DNA from: Dictyostelium discoideum
Lineage: Eukaryota
Reading direction: 5' to 3'
Length of the DNA: 64,000 bases
NCBI GenBank assembly: GCA_000004695.1
Contig: CM000153.2
Location: 1,984,001 to 2,048,000 of the forward strand
Made by a program: the position numbers and the translations under genes. This document shows positions 26,690 through 40,270 of the stretch, one piece after another; position 1 is the stretch's first letter, and every line of letters begins with the position of its first letter. The notes under the pieces are model-generated. The model was not told where the DNA came from. It did not search any database and worked only from the letters and a program-made list of their open reading frames with translations.

Positions 26690-26748
<59 letters not shown>

Positions 26749-29700
26749 ACTTACAGATTGAATTAAATGTTTATTTTTAAAACTTGATTGAGATTGATTT
26801 TCAATTAATTTAATTACCAACATCCAAGATAACCAAAGTTCATATTCATGATTATTTCTAAAGGTAATATTAATTACATCTTGAATGAATTCAGAAAGAT
26901 TTAAAGTATCATTACGTTGACTTTGAATGGCTATAATATACATTAATAAATGACAATTCTCTTGGATACAAGTTTTCAATAATCTTGAAGGATTTTCATG
27001 ATTATTTGGGAAAATCAAGTATTTATTAATGAGATTTGTATTGTTTGTACCAGTGGAATTACTATTTTCATCACCTTCACCACCACCAATTCCCATTGAT
27101 TTATTGGTATCGATTGAGTAGAAAGATCTTAGAATATTATCAATGACTTTACAATAGTTAGACAATGATTGATTTAAAGTTAAATGAGCACAAGACATAA
27201 TTTGTAAACATAGATTAATTGAACATGAAGAACAGAATTGTAAGATTAAAGCAGAGATTTTACCATAGAGTTCTTTATTGGCATGATTATCATTTGAAAG
27301 ACCACTAATTGGGAAAATTGCAAATTTAATTAAACTTCTCATTGGATAAGAGATATCATCCAAACAAGATAATGTAACCTTTAATATTGATTTCATACGT
27401 TGTTGTGCACCAGAGATTTCAGTTGGTGAATTCTTTAAGATTTGATTATCGGCCAATGATCTAATCAATGGTAATAGAATTGTTTTCAATAATGATTCTT
27501 GCTCGGTATACTCTAAATGCCAATAGTTGGTTGGTGTTTGAATCACTAAATAAATCAATGACCTAATTTCCAATGCCAATGCAGTCGCTAAAGAATAATT
27601 ATCCAATAGTAGAGTTATATCTTTGAAAAGTGTTAAACAACTCATTATCAATTGATTTGGAGATTGTTGTTGACTTGATTGTACCAATGATGAACGAGTT
27701 AACAATTTAACGAATGAAGAACCATCGAAAATTAAGGAAGCCTCTGAAAGATCACCACATTTAAACCAATCTAAATTACCATCGGTTGCCAAGGATAATT
27801 TAAACTCTGGTGAAGTGATATTTGTGCCATTGACTATTGAAATGTACATACAAAGTTTCAAATAATTCAATGCTGTTTTATTTGATATTTTCGATTGTTT
27901 AAATAATAAACTCCAATCTAATATTGAAAATAATATTACCACAACATTACCAAATATAGTTTCCGATAGGATATAATTCATTTGTTCCAATGTATCACTA
28001 CTAATAATATGAAATACAGCCGATGATAAATGACCATCAATTGCCAACATACCAAAGAAATTAGTTATTGCATCTAAATATTGATTCTCAATCTCTTGAT
28101 CCATTAAATAGTGTTGATGTTGTTCTTGTTGTTTTTGTAATTGTTTTTCATAATTATCAGATGAGATTGAAGTTGGTGAATTTGAAATACTTGGTGACAT
28201 TATTGGTGAATTATTATTTGTAAATGATTCTAATAATGGTACATAAGAATTATAAAATACATCCCATAATAAATTTATACTCTTTGGTACCAACTTAATT
28301 AAATTTGTTAATAAATTAATTGATAATTTAAAATCTTGAATTGAAATTAATAAATTCTTATTATTATTACTTCCACCTTGTTGAACTATAGTAGATTTAA
28401 TTGAATTAATAATTGCATCTCTTGTATTATTTAAATGACCATCCAATGATTGAGAGGTAATAAATTCATAAGATAAAATATTATTTAATAAGAAAATGGT
28501 AGTGATTGAAGGAATCGCTGATTTTGGATTAGTTAAATAATCAATCATACTTGAAAGTTGCATTGTTCTTTGTTGTTGTAAATTTTCATTATCTTTGATT
28601 GCTTGATTTTGAAGAATTTCTTTATAAAATATTGATTGTTTACCATTAATAATATTACAAATTAATAATTGTGATTTTGTATCTTTTAAATAGTTATTAT
28701 TATTATTATTATTATTTAAATGATCATTATTATTATTATTATTATTAAAACTATCTAAAATAATATCAAAAATATTAAATATTAAAATCATATCATTTCT
28801 TAATAATTGGGAAGTAATTAATTCTACAACATCAATTAAAACTGGTAATTGAATACATAATTGTAATAAATTAAGTAAACAATTTTTACCATTGTTTAAT
28901 TGTAAAATCAATGGTATTCTTTCATCCAATTTGAATGATAAAATTATTTTCTTTAAATCACTCTCTTTTGATAATAAAGTTGGTAAAGTTGTTATAACTC
29001 TTTGGAAAATATCAATATATTCATGAATATCTGATATTTTACTTGGTTGAAATAATTGAATGAAAATTGAATAATCTTTTACACTATCAATATTTTCAAC
29101 TTTATCTTTTTGTGATTGGCCACCACCACCACTATTTGTAATTGTTTTTGATGAAGATTTCTTTAAATTATTTGAAGCTTGTGATGGTAGCATTGGTAAA
29201 AATGTATCAATTAAAAAGAATTGATTATCATTATTTTCATTAATTAAAATTTTACCAATCTTTAAAGTAATCTCTGTAAAGAAAGGTATGAAAATTGATT
29301 TATGAATTGAATCTTGATAATCAGACATTAGGGATATTAAAAATTTGAAAAGGTTCTCTTTTTGTTGATACTTTTTAAATTGTGAAATGAATTGATTATC
29401 TTCCATCATACTTGAGAGAATTGTTAATTGATGAACTTTTTCGAAAAAGTTATAATAATCATCAGAGAATTGTTTTCTATTTTCAGAGATTTTCAATGCA
29501 ACATCTTCATTGTTTATAGATTTCTTTAGTTTTAATGTCATCTCAACACCAATACATCTTGAATAAGAGCATTTAATTATTTGAGTGATTTCATTGATTT
29601 CAGTTGTATATAACTTTTCACTTTTACTTAAAAATTCTTTATCATCTTGTAAAATCGATCTTGATAATGATTTACTTTGACCTAAATATTGTCTAATATC

Positions 29701-32238
29701 TCTAAAGAATTTAATTGAATCAACAGTTTGTAAATCATGACCATTATTATCTAATTCTTTTTTAATATTATTACATGTATTTTTAAAATTTAAATATTTT
29801 TTATATTCTTCATTATTATCATTAAAATTATTAATTTGTTGTTTTTGTTGAGGTTGCTGTTGAGATTGTTGTTGTTGTTGTTGTGATGGTTGTTGTTCTT
29901 TTTTAATATTTAAATATTGTAAAATTATTTGGTCTGGTGATAAATTTAAATTTTGATTTTTTAACCATTGTTTTTGATTAATATCATATTTCTTTAAATC
30001 AATATGATCAGATAATTCATATGGAAGATTATTTGATAATAGTAAATTATATAATTGTACATTTTGAGGATGAATTAATCTTTTATTGAATGGTAGAGTT
30101 GATTGTAAATTCCAAAGTTCAAATGATTCGAAAATTCTTTTAATTATTGGATTAATTGGACCTTTATAAGATGATTTAGTGTATGGATGTACTGCTGATG
30201 AAATTAAATGATTCTTAAAATCTGTACTTAGCGTTTCAACACCTTTACTACCAATGATACCATCATAATAGATTACCCAAAAATGTTCCCAAAATATCAT
30301 AGAGATTGGTTCTGTCTTTAAACTCATTGCTAAATCCTTTAACAATACCAATGATTCCTTTCTAGTTGATGATGAAACATTTTGTTTACCTCTAGTATAA
30401 GCTCTTGCTAAAAAATAAACTAACCATGGTCTTCTTTCAACTAATTTTAATAATACTTTACTATTTGGAACTATATTTGGTGTATCTTGTAATAATGAAT
30501 CAATAATTTCATTAACTAAATCATTATTATTATTATTATTATTACTTTGTTGTTGTTGTTGTTGTTGATTTGATGAATTCATTGTTGAAGAATTTAAAGA
30601 TAATTTTAAAGATTTAAAGAAAGAAGAAGCAAATAAATTATTTAAGATTGCCATATTCTCTTCAGAATTAATATTTGATTTCATTAGGTAAACCCATGAA
30701 GTTATGTTCTTTATTAATGAATGATCAGTAAAGAATTGTGGTGATGATTGAATGAACCAAATCTTTAATGTATCCAATAAGACATTGAAACCAATAGAGA
30801 AATCATTCTTTGATAATGTAACCATTTTAAAGATTTCATCAACTTCACTTTGTACAATGAATGGAGTTGATCTGAAAATGTAAATAACTGAACATAGAAT
30901 ACTTGAAGTAAATTCAAAACCGTATGGGTTATTATTATTATTACAAATTTGATTAATTTTTGGCATAGTTTGAGTTAGAATATTATAAGCTTCTTGAATA
31001 TTTGAATCTACCATTTCAATATAGTAATTTGCAAGTTGTAATGATAATAAAATTTGAATAAATAAAAATAAACCATTATCATTTTTAAAATCTAAACTAT
31101 TGAAATCAATATGTATCATTTGTTTTATCATTTGTACATTTGTTTCATTTGATAATAATATTTTTGATCTTAATAAAAATTTAATAATATTTCTAATTGG
31201 ATTACTAAAAGCTTGTATTGGTTGTTGTTGTTGTGGTTGTGGTGGTTCTTTTAAAACTGATAAATGTTTACGTGAACCTAATAAAAATAATATAATTTTT
31301 AATTTTGAAATTGATGAAACTTTATTCCAATTGGTTGTTGATAATACTTTAAAAACTACATCAGATGCAATTGAAACATTTTGATAATTAATTCTATACT
31401 GTTCCATTTCATTTGCTTGAGATGTAAATAATAATGGTTCAATCACTAAATTCATTAAACAATCTGGTTGAATGAATTCATTATCCATTAAAGTTGGTAT
31501 CATTTTATGTGATAAAATTAATGCTAACCAATGAATACCATCACCAGACATATCCCAAAAATATAATGGATTATTATAATTACCACTTGATAATGGATCA
31601 ATACCACTGCTATTGCTACTACTACTACTACTACTACTATTACTTGGACGAATAAATGATGTAAAAGATTCAATATCTAAATATAATAAATTTTGAGAAA
31701 CATTAAACATGAATCTATTTACTAAATGTGGTTGACTTTGTAATAATATAAATAATTGATTAAAAATTTCAGATTTAAAAATTGGATATAAATTTTGAAT
31801 TACATTAGAGGTTGCACTATCAACACTACCATTTAAATAATTTTGTGATCTTGATACAAATGCAAAATAAAATAATTCATCAAATATTAATCTTGATAAA
31901 TTAAATTTTAAACCACCATCAAGTTGTAATGATTCCTCATCTTGTTGTTGTTGTTGTTGTTGCTGTTGTTGCTGATTAAGATTATATTGATTTGAAAATT
32001 GATTTGCAATTCTACCAAGTAATGTTAATTGTGGGAATTTACAAGAATTATTAATTTCTGCAATAGTTAAATCCTTATGATATGATTGTTCAACCAAGTA
32101 TTGATATCTAAACATTGTTTGAAAGAATTGATTTCTAATTGGTAATTTATCATTAAAATTACGACCATAATAATTTTGTGGAGAAATTGTTAATTGATAA
32201 ACATCACAAAACATACTACTCATTGTATTCATTTCCAT
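26250..32238 (-). CDS. Very large helical (HEAT/ARM-like) protein of unknown family with poly-Q/N inserts; exons 26755..32238 (possibly extended to 32349) and 26250..26645; at least 1959 aa
   Basis: A 5.5-kb ORF, 26740..32238, ends at a GTAAGT donor (plus 26749-26754, phase 0). A 109-nt intron containing a 45-nt homopolymer ends at the acceptor TTATTAG|ATT at 26646-26647. It continues in frame through ORF 26250..26555 to a stop at 26250. The 5' end may be spliced to the upstream ORF (see findings). Confidence 0.75.
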
Positions 32239-32356
32239 ATCTTCCCAATTAACTAATGGTAATACTAAACAACCAATAAATTGTGATGGCCAAATACTTT
32301 TAAATAAAATATTAATTGTATTATCAATTTTAAAATAATATGTTAATATCTATTAT

Positions 32357-32407
<51 letters not shown>

Positions 32408-32451
32408 TAATAATTTATTTTATTTTATTTATTTATTTATTTAATTATTTA

Positions 32452-33626
32452 TTATATGTTTATACATACACATAAAATTTTTGAAATTAAAATTGATAAT
32501 CTTATCATATTCTTTGAAATTGATAAAGTTAAACCATTTTGAAGTGGTGTATATAATTTATCAATTATATTTAAATTTCCAAAGTCATTACTATTGATGG
32601 TATTTAATTTTGTGAAATCAATTTGTAATAAAAGATTTACATATTGTGTTTCTGTTAATATTCTATTATTATTTGGATTAAATAATTTAATTAACCAATC
32701 CTTTTTGAAAATATCAAATAAACTTGGATGAATTAATGTATATCCCCATTCTAAAAAATCTGGATCTAAATTATCTTTTAATGATTTTGTAAAGTTTTCA
32801 ATCTCTTTATTGATAACACTATCTTCACTATGATGATGATGGTCATTACTACCAATATCTATTGATTCAACACTTAATAAATCATTAAATAATGTCATAC
32901 CTCTAACTCTTTGTACTGGTGCTCTACCTCCCCCCTCAATTATTTCACCATTTTCTATTAGCTCAGCATATTTAAATAAATACATTGATAATTGATTTAC
33001 AATAGTTTGTAAATTATCTGGTAATGTAAGTTGTTTAAATATTTTAATTACTGATTCTAAAATTATTATTATATTTTGTAATGATTCTAAATTTGGTTTT
33101 ACATATTGTTGTTGTGATTGTGATTGTGATTGTGATTGTTGTGAATTATTAAATGATAATGATTGTTTTAAATTATCAATATCAATAAATTTATAGATAT
33201 AATAATTTAAACGATGTTGATTTAAAGTTTGTGTAAAGAAACTTGCAATAACTTCAGTGGTATTATAAGAGTGATTTTGAGTAAAGATTGAAGCCAATTG
33301 TTTTGCAACATTTTCATTAATAGTATAATATTGATTTGAAATCGTATGTTTCAATAATGAACCACATGGACAATAATCTTGAACTTCTACAGGTACATCA
33401 TTAAATCTCCATAGGTTTTTATATAGATCTCTAATCTCTACTTCATTCTTTAATTTCTCTGATTGAATTGCACTCTGAATCACTGTAGAATCTAATAATT
33501 CCATTAATAATCCTTCAAACTTTTCAACATAAAATCTATTCTCTTCAATATTATGAATTTCATTTAAAATTTGTTGTTTTTCTTTTTCTTGTTGTTGATA
33601 TTGTTGTTGTTGTTGTTGTTGTGGAT

Positions 33627-33658
<32 letters not shown>

Positions 33659-33917
33659 CGTTGTTGTTGTGAATTTGATGATGGTGATAATAAAGACTCT
33701 ATATCATCAAATGGATTAAAGTGATTGAAATGTTGTGTTTGTGTTTGTTGTGGTTGTAGTTGTGTCTGTTGTGTCTGTTGTGTCTGTTGTGGTTGTGTTT
33801 GTTGTGGACTTAAAAATCCATTAAAAAATGCATTTGCTTCTGTAATATTATTGGTTTGTCCTGCATTTGAAGTTGTGGTTGTTGTAGTTGTTGTAGTTAG
33901 GTTTGTTTGGTTTGTAC

Positions 33918-33948
<31 letters not shown>

Positions 33949-33993
33949 GCCCTTATTATTAGGGCTATATGGATCAAAGTCGAATAGATCCAT
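32452..33993 (-). CDS. N/Q-rich protein (513 aa as a stand-alone ORF); probably the 5' exon of the downstream 26250..32238 gene
   Basis: ORF with ATG at 33991-33993. Its last codons (ATT TTA TGT | GTATGT ATA AAC ATA TAA) contain a consensus donor at phase 0, only 6 codons before the stop. The next ORF's ATG lies just 214 bp downstream. Confidence 0.7.
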
Positions 33994-34068
33994 TTCTCTG
34001 TTTTGTTAATGGAAAAAAAAAAAAAAAAAAAATGAAAAAAAAAAAAAAAAATAATTAAAAAAAATTTT

Positions 34069-34141
<73 letters not shown>

Positions 34142-34568
34142 AAAAAAGAAAAAAAAAAGAAAATAAAAAAAATTTAATTTAATTTAAAAAAAAATGGGTT
34201 GGGACTGGGTAAAACAAAAAAATTATTAGGTGCTAAATATCAATACTGTTACAACGACGTTTTTTCAAATAAGAACATTATTAAAAAATGAATAATTTTT
34301 TTTTTTTTTTTTTTTAGTTTTTTTTTTTTATTTAATAATCATTATTTTATTTTTCTTATTTGTTGAAACTCTTTTTCCTTTTTTTTTGTTTTATTTTATT
34401 TTTTATTTTTATTTTTATTTTTTTTTTTTTTTTTTTTTTTTTTTTGATTGTAAAAAATTTTATTAGGTTTTAATAAAATAAAATTTCTCATCTAGATGAA
34501 AAGCAAATCTTAAAAAAAAAAAAAAGATATTTTTATTATAAAAAAAAAGACCATGCTCCAAAAATAAA

Positions 34569-34608
<40 letters not shown>

Positions 34609-34713
34609 GGTGTAATTTTTTTTTTTTTTTTTTTTTTGGTCTTTTTTTTTATAATAAAAATATCTTTTTTTTTTTTTATTTGTATTTAAACCACCCATCA
34701 AAAAAAAAAAAAA
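33994..34713. promoter_or_regulatory. Divergent (bidirectional) intergenic/promoter region between the 33993 minus-strand start and the 34714 plus-strand start
   Basis: 720 bp of A/T and oligo(A)-purine tracts (aaaagaaaagaaaag) separate two start codons on opposite strands. There is a short C-containing patch (aaaccacccatc) just 5' of the 34714 ATG. Inferred from the gene arrangement only. Confidence 0.4.
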
Positions 34714-36655
34714 ATGACAAATAATAAAAACGAAAATGAAAGTAATAATCAATTGGAATCAAGACATACAAAAAAAAAACAAAAAACTAATCACAATGAA
34801 ACAAAAGAAACAATTGATGTTATAATTGAAAAAACAACAACAACAATTCACAACTTAGAAAACCTCAATATAGAAGAATTGAATAAATTTAAACAAATTG
34901 AATTATTAGAAATTGTAAAATCATTTTCAAAGAAAACTAATAATAGAAAAAAGAAATCAGAATTAATTGAAATTTTAAAAGAAGAGATTGAGAATCGTAA
35001 ACTATTAATACAAGAAAATGAAAATAAAATTAAAAATAATAACCCATTTAATAAAAACTTTAAAGAATTATTAATAAAAGATGTTGATAATAATGAATTA
35101 TTATTTTGGAAAATTTTTAGAAATAAAGTTTTATTTAAAAATATAATATCAAAATTTGAATTTAAACATTTTTCACAAAATTATGATTCAATGATATCAA
35201 TTCATAATTTACTAGCAAATGATAAAATTTCAATTGTAAAAGATAAAGTAAACAATAATAGTAAATACCTTGTATTTACTCCATCATCATATGGTACAAA
35301 TGGTACATCAACTACAATAACAACAACAAATCTTTATCAAACTTTTAGTATTATATTTTCAAAATTTCAAACTGATGATCTTGATACTTATAATTTCTTT
35401 AAAAATTTATTTAAAAATTATGGTAATAAATTCATTGAAGAATTAAAATATATTAAATTTATAAATGGTGATGGTGATGGTAATGGTAATGATGATAGTG
35501 ATGATGATAGTGATGATGATAGTGATGATGATAGTGATGGTAATGGTAATGATGATAGTAATGATGATAGTGATGATGATAGTGATGATGATAGTGATGG
35601 TAATGGTAATGGTGATGGTAATGGTAATGATGATAGTGATGATGATAGTGATGATGATGGTGATGGTAATGGTAATGGTGATGGTAATGGTAATGATGAT
35701 AGTGATGATGATAGTGATGACGATGATAGATATTTTTGTTCAACTGATTTTATTAGGACTATGATAATTTATAATTGTGTGCCAGCAGTGAAGGTATTAA
35801 TGAATGAATTTAATTTTATTCCAACTGTTGATAATTTCTTTAAAAAAGTTGTTGGATATGGTTCATTAGAAATTTTAAAATTTTTATTAATTAATGATGA
35901 AAATCAAGAAAGAAGAAATAAATTAATTTCTCAATTGAAATCAAAAAAAAGTCATTTACAAATTTGGAGAGAAATTTCATCATCAACTTTATTTCAAGGT
36001 TTTTATGGTCCATTGAATATGAATTATAAAATAGAGAAATTTAAAACAATTTTATTTTTACTTGAAAATAATTATTTAAAAATTCCTCAAAAAAATGAAG
36101 ATTTAAATGATATTAAAGTATCATTATATTCAACTTCACCAATTACAAATTATTTATTATTAAAAGATTTAATATTAAGTTGTAAATTATTAAATCAATT
36201 ATTAAATAATAATACAAATAATAATAGTTATTATGATGAAATTATTAAAAAATTTACAAATAAACAATTAGAATCAATGTTAAAAGATTTAATTAATTGG
36301 GAACTAAATGAAAATGAAAATAAACAGATTATAAAAGATTTATTAAATTATTGGTATAGGGAAAGTGGTACTTCAAAAATTGATTATGAATTTTATTTAT
36401 GTTTTGATAAACTAGAGAATGATAAAGAAATAAGGTCAGTTCATAAAACAAACTTTATATTAGCATTACAATATGGAAATTTTGAAATTCTAATGAAATC
36501 AGTCCCAAATCAATTTGGTTTAAAGGAATTTGAAAGAACTGTAATAACATATGATATCGATATTCAACATAAACCAAATTATCTATTTACTCATTGTCAT
36601 AATAAAGAGAAACAAAAGGAGTTTATTTCATCTTGGATTCAATATATTAGTATTG

Positions 36656-36704
<49 letters not shown>

Positions 36705-37851
36705 TAGTAGTGGTGGTGGTTTTTGTTTAAATTATTATTATTATTATATTTTACTTATTTTAATTCAAAATGACGATATTGAATTATTAAAATTTTCAAT
36801 TAATAAGTTACCACTTGATAAATTAATTATAAATTTTGAAAAACATAATAATATTATAATTTCAGATTATATAAAATCAGTTGAAATGTTAGAATTCCTT
36901 TATAAAGAATATGGTTCAAATAATATTTTAAAACCTTGTTTACAAATATTTCTTTTACATCTTTCAAATTTAGAATTATTAAAATGTTTTGAAAAATTGG
37001 AAAATTTATCATCAAAAAGGAGAATTGTTTTATTAGAAGATAATGTTAAAAAATGTGTTTTCAATTTACCAATGGTTTCTCATATTATTAAAAATGTTGA
37101 AAATATTTATGAAATTAAAGAATTTGCATTTAAAGGAATATTTAATGATATTGATAATAATCATGAAAATCAAATAGATGAATTAATTAATTTATTACAA
37201 TATATAGTTAAATTTACAGATATTAAAATTAATACATTTTTAAATTATTACTATACAAACTTTATATTATTCACTAAAATACCAAATTTTAAAATTTTAA
37301 AATTTATTGATTGGTTAATTTCAATTAACTATTCAATTATTAATGATGGGTTTTTTTGTGAAAATAAATTAAAAATATTAAAATATTTAGTTGGTAGAAT
37401 TCAAGAAATTGATGAATTCTTTCCAGACAAGTGGATAAATTCAGGTGGTGGTAATATTTACCCTTTAGCTAAATTTATAGTTTTAAAATGTGATTTAGAT
37501 GCATTGGATTTAATAATGAAAGAAATTAATAATTCAAATAAAGCTATCAAAAATGATGATATATCAAATTTCATTTTCATTCTGTTAGGATTTGCATGTG
37601 AAATTGGTCAATTAAAAATTTTAGAACATATTAAATTACACCATTGTCAACTATTTAATAAGAAATCAAAAAGTGGTGGTTGGTTCTCTCAAATTCAATT
37701 AAACTCTTTAATAAATAAATCAATTATTTCAAATCATATCAATTGCACTGAATTTCTATTACAATATTCAACTATATCTCAATCACAATTTAAAAAAATT
37801 ACTGCTAAATCTGGTATTTCTTATACTTATTTTAAAAATAAAATAAAATAA
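34714..37851 (+). CDS. Uncharacterised 1045-aa protein with an acidic (GDGNGN/DDSDDDSDDDSD)n tandem repeat (nt 35459..35745) and poly-N; single exon
   Basis: Uninterrupted ORF 34714..37851 with no recognisable catalytic motif. The repeat unit, ggtaatggtaatgatgatagtgatgatgatagtgat, recurs about 8 times. Confidence 0.7.
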
Positions 37852-38055
37852 AATGTTTTTAAAAAAAAGAAAAAAAAAAAAAGATATATTCATTTTTTTT
37901 ATTTTTTATATCATTTTGTGTATTTTTGGGAGATGAAAAATAAAATTAAATAATTGTTTAAAAAAAAAAAAGAAAATAAAAAATAAAAATAAAAAAATGA
38001 AAATTTTTTTTTTTTTTTTTTTCGTGTAAGATTTGAATGCTTTTAATCTTTTAAT

Positions 38056-38093
<38 letters not shown>

Positions 38094-38586
38094 AAAAATT
38101 ATGGACAAAAATAAAAAAAAAAAAAAAAATAATTATAATAAATAAATAAAAAAAAAAAAAAATAAATGATGAATAGTTCAAAAGTACTGAAGTATGTGAT
38201 TGTGATTAAATAATTATTTAAACACCACCACAAAATTGTGAGTTGATAAAAAAAATATTTTTACTTTTTTTTTTTTTTTTTATGTAAAAATGATAATGTA
38301 TTATTATAATAGAGTTTTGAATAATTTTTATTATTTTGTAATTTTATTCAGAGAATTTCAAAAAAAAAAAAATAATAATCTGAATGTAAAAAGAAACTTT
38401 CTTTAAATAACAAGAAATAAGTTATTATCATTTTTTTAATTTTGTTTTTTTTAATAAAAAATGATAAATACACATACAAAAATTAAAGTATAAATAAGAA
38501 TGAAAATTATAATTTTTAATCATTAAATATTCAAACAAAAAAATAATAAACAAGCAAATAATTATATTTTTAAAAAAAAAAAAAAA

Positions 38587-39366
38587 ATGAAATCAATTAG
38601 TATAGTATCTTTATTAATTTTATATTGTATAATAAGTTGTGGTAATGTTGTTGTAAATGCAATAAATGGTCAAGTAACATATTATAATGATCAGGGCTAT
38701 GGCTCCTGTGGTACTTTGATTGATGCAAATACCCAATTTTTAGCAGCAGTTCCACCAGGATTTTGGACAACAACAAATCCAAATTTAGATCCAGTTTGTG
38801 GTAAACAAGTAAAATTAACATATAATGGTAATTCAATTACACTTCCAGTACGTGATAAATGCCCAGGTTGTCCAAATAATAATATTGATATTAGTGCTCC
38901 TGCATTTATTCAATTAATTGGTAGTCTTGGACCTGGTAGAGTTAGTGTAACTTGGGAATTTGTAGGTAGTAGTTCAAGTGGTGGTAGCACAACCGGAACA
39001 GTTTCAACAACAAATGGTAATAGTGGTACTTGTCCAAGAAAAGCATCAGTTAGTGTAGGTCAAGGCTGTTATGATGTATGGGTATCAAAATGTAACAATG
39101 CTTGGGATGAGAACCAATTATACGCTGCTAATCCAGGTGTATCATGTACTTCTCTTCAAGTTGGTCAACAATTATGTTGTGGTGGTAGTACAACTGGTGG
39201 TAGTGTTACTTGTTCAAGAAAAGCATCAGTTAGTGCAGGTCAAGGTTGTTATGATGTATGGGTATCAAAATGTAATAATGCTTGGAATGAGAACCAATTC
39301 TTTGCTGCAAATCCAGGTGTTTTTTGTACTGATCTTCAAGTTGGTCAACAATTATGTTGTAATTAA
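38587..39366 (+). CDS. Secreted RlpA/barwin-like double-psi beta-barrel (DPBB) protein with a Ser/Thr linker and two C-terminal ~50-aa six-Cys modules (259 aa); paralog A
   Basis: Signal peptide MKSISIVSLLILYCIISCGNVVVNA. DPBB motifs GQVTYYNDQGYGSCG...DPVCGKQVKLTYNGNSITLPVRDKCPGCPNNNIDISAPAF. Then SSSGGSTTGT, then two copies of TCPRKASVS(V/A)GQGCYDVWVSKCNNAW(D/N)ENQ(L/F)(Y/F)AANPGV(S/F)CT(S/D)LQVGQQLCC. Confidence 0.8.
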   Translation: MKSISIVSLLILYCIISCGNVVVNAINGQVTYYNDQGYGSCGTLIDANTQFLAAVPPGFWTTTNPNLDPVCGKQVKLTYNGNSITLPVRDKCPGCPNNNIDISAPAFIQLIGSLGPGRVSVTWEFVGSSSSGGSTTGTVSTTNGNSGTCPRKASVSVGQGCYDVWVSKCNNAWDENQLYAANPGVSCTSLQVGQQLCCGGSTTGGSVTCSRKASVSAGQGCYDVWVSKCNNAWNENQFFAANPGVFCTDLQVGQQLCCN

Positions 39367-40270
39367 TCAATCATTAATCATTTTCAATAATATTCTAAAA
39401 CTATAATTATTTATTTATTTAAAACTTTTATTTATTAATAAATGTAAATTTATTTTTTATTTCAAATTTTTAAAAAAACTGTTAATTTCTTTTTAATGGT
39501 TGAAAAGTTGTTATTTTTTTTTTTTTAATTAAAATTATTTGAACATTAAAAAAGAAATTCAAATTTCTTCGATTTTTTTATTTAGATTTAAATTATTTTT
39601 TTTTTAATTTTTTTTTTTTTAAAAAATCGAAATGTCAAAACCAAAAAAGAATGCGTGCGACGTGGCTTTTTTTTTTAATTATTATAATAATGAATCATTT
39701 TTAAGATTCACCCGAATGGTGAGAATAGTGAATTTAAATTTCGTACACAGTTATATAAGGTTGGATATTTTAAAGTCTTTTTTGTTTGTCTATGGACTAG
39801 ATATTTTTTTTTTTTTTAATAAAATAATGTCTTTTTATTAAATAAAAAAAAAAAAAATTTCCTTAATTCGTGATTGGTTAAAATAATTTATGATTAGATC
39901 TTATTGGGGGGTTCGGATAATTATTATTTTTGAATTCAAAAATAAAAAAATTAAAAAAAATTAATAAATTCAACGGTTTATAATAATAATAATGATGTTG
40001 ATGACTTCTGGTCTTGTTCTTTTTTTTTTTTTGAAAAAATCTTATTTTTCTAATAATGTAATTTTTGCTACCTCTTAAAAAAACTATAGATCTAATTCTT
40101 TATGGTATTAGGATCTATGCCTGATATTTAATTTTTTTATAATAATAATAGTTTATTGTTAAATTTTTGTTTAAATAGCAATTTAATTTTTTTTTTTATA
40201 AATCATTAAAATCATAAATTAAAAAACAAATAAAAAAAAAATAAATAAATATATATATAAAAAAAATAAA

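Noticed and set aside
39895-39925. GGGGGGTTCGGATAA, a possible tRNA T-arm (GGTTCGA-like)
   Set aside because: No acceptor stem, D-arm or anticodon arm can be folded around it, and the flanks are A/T runs. A scan of the whole window for GGTTCGA/GTTCGAATC-type B boxes found no credible tRNA.
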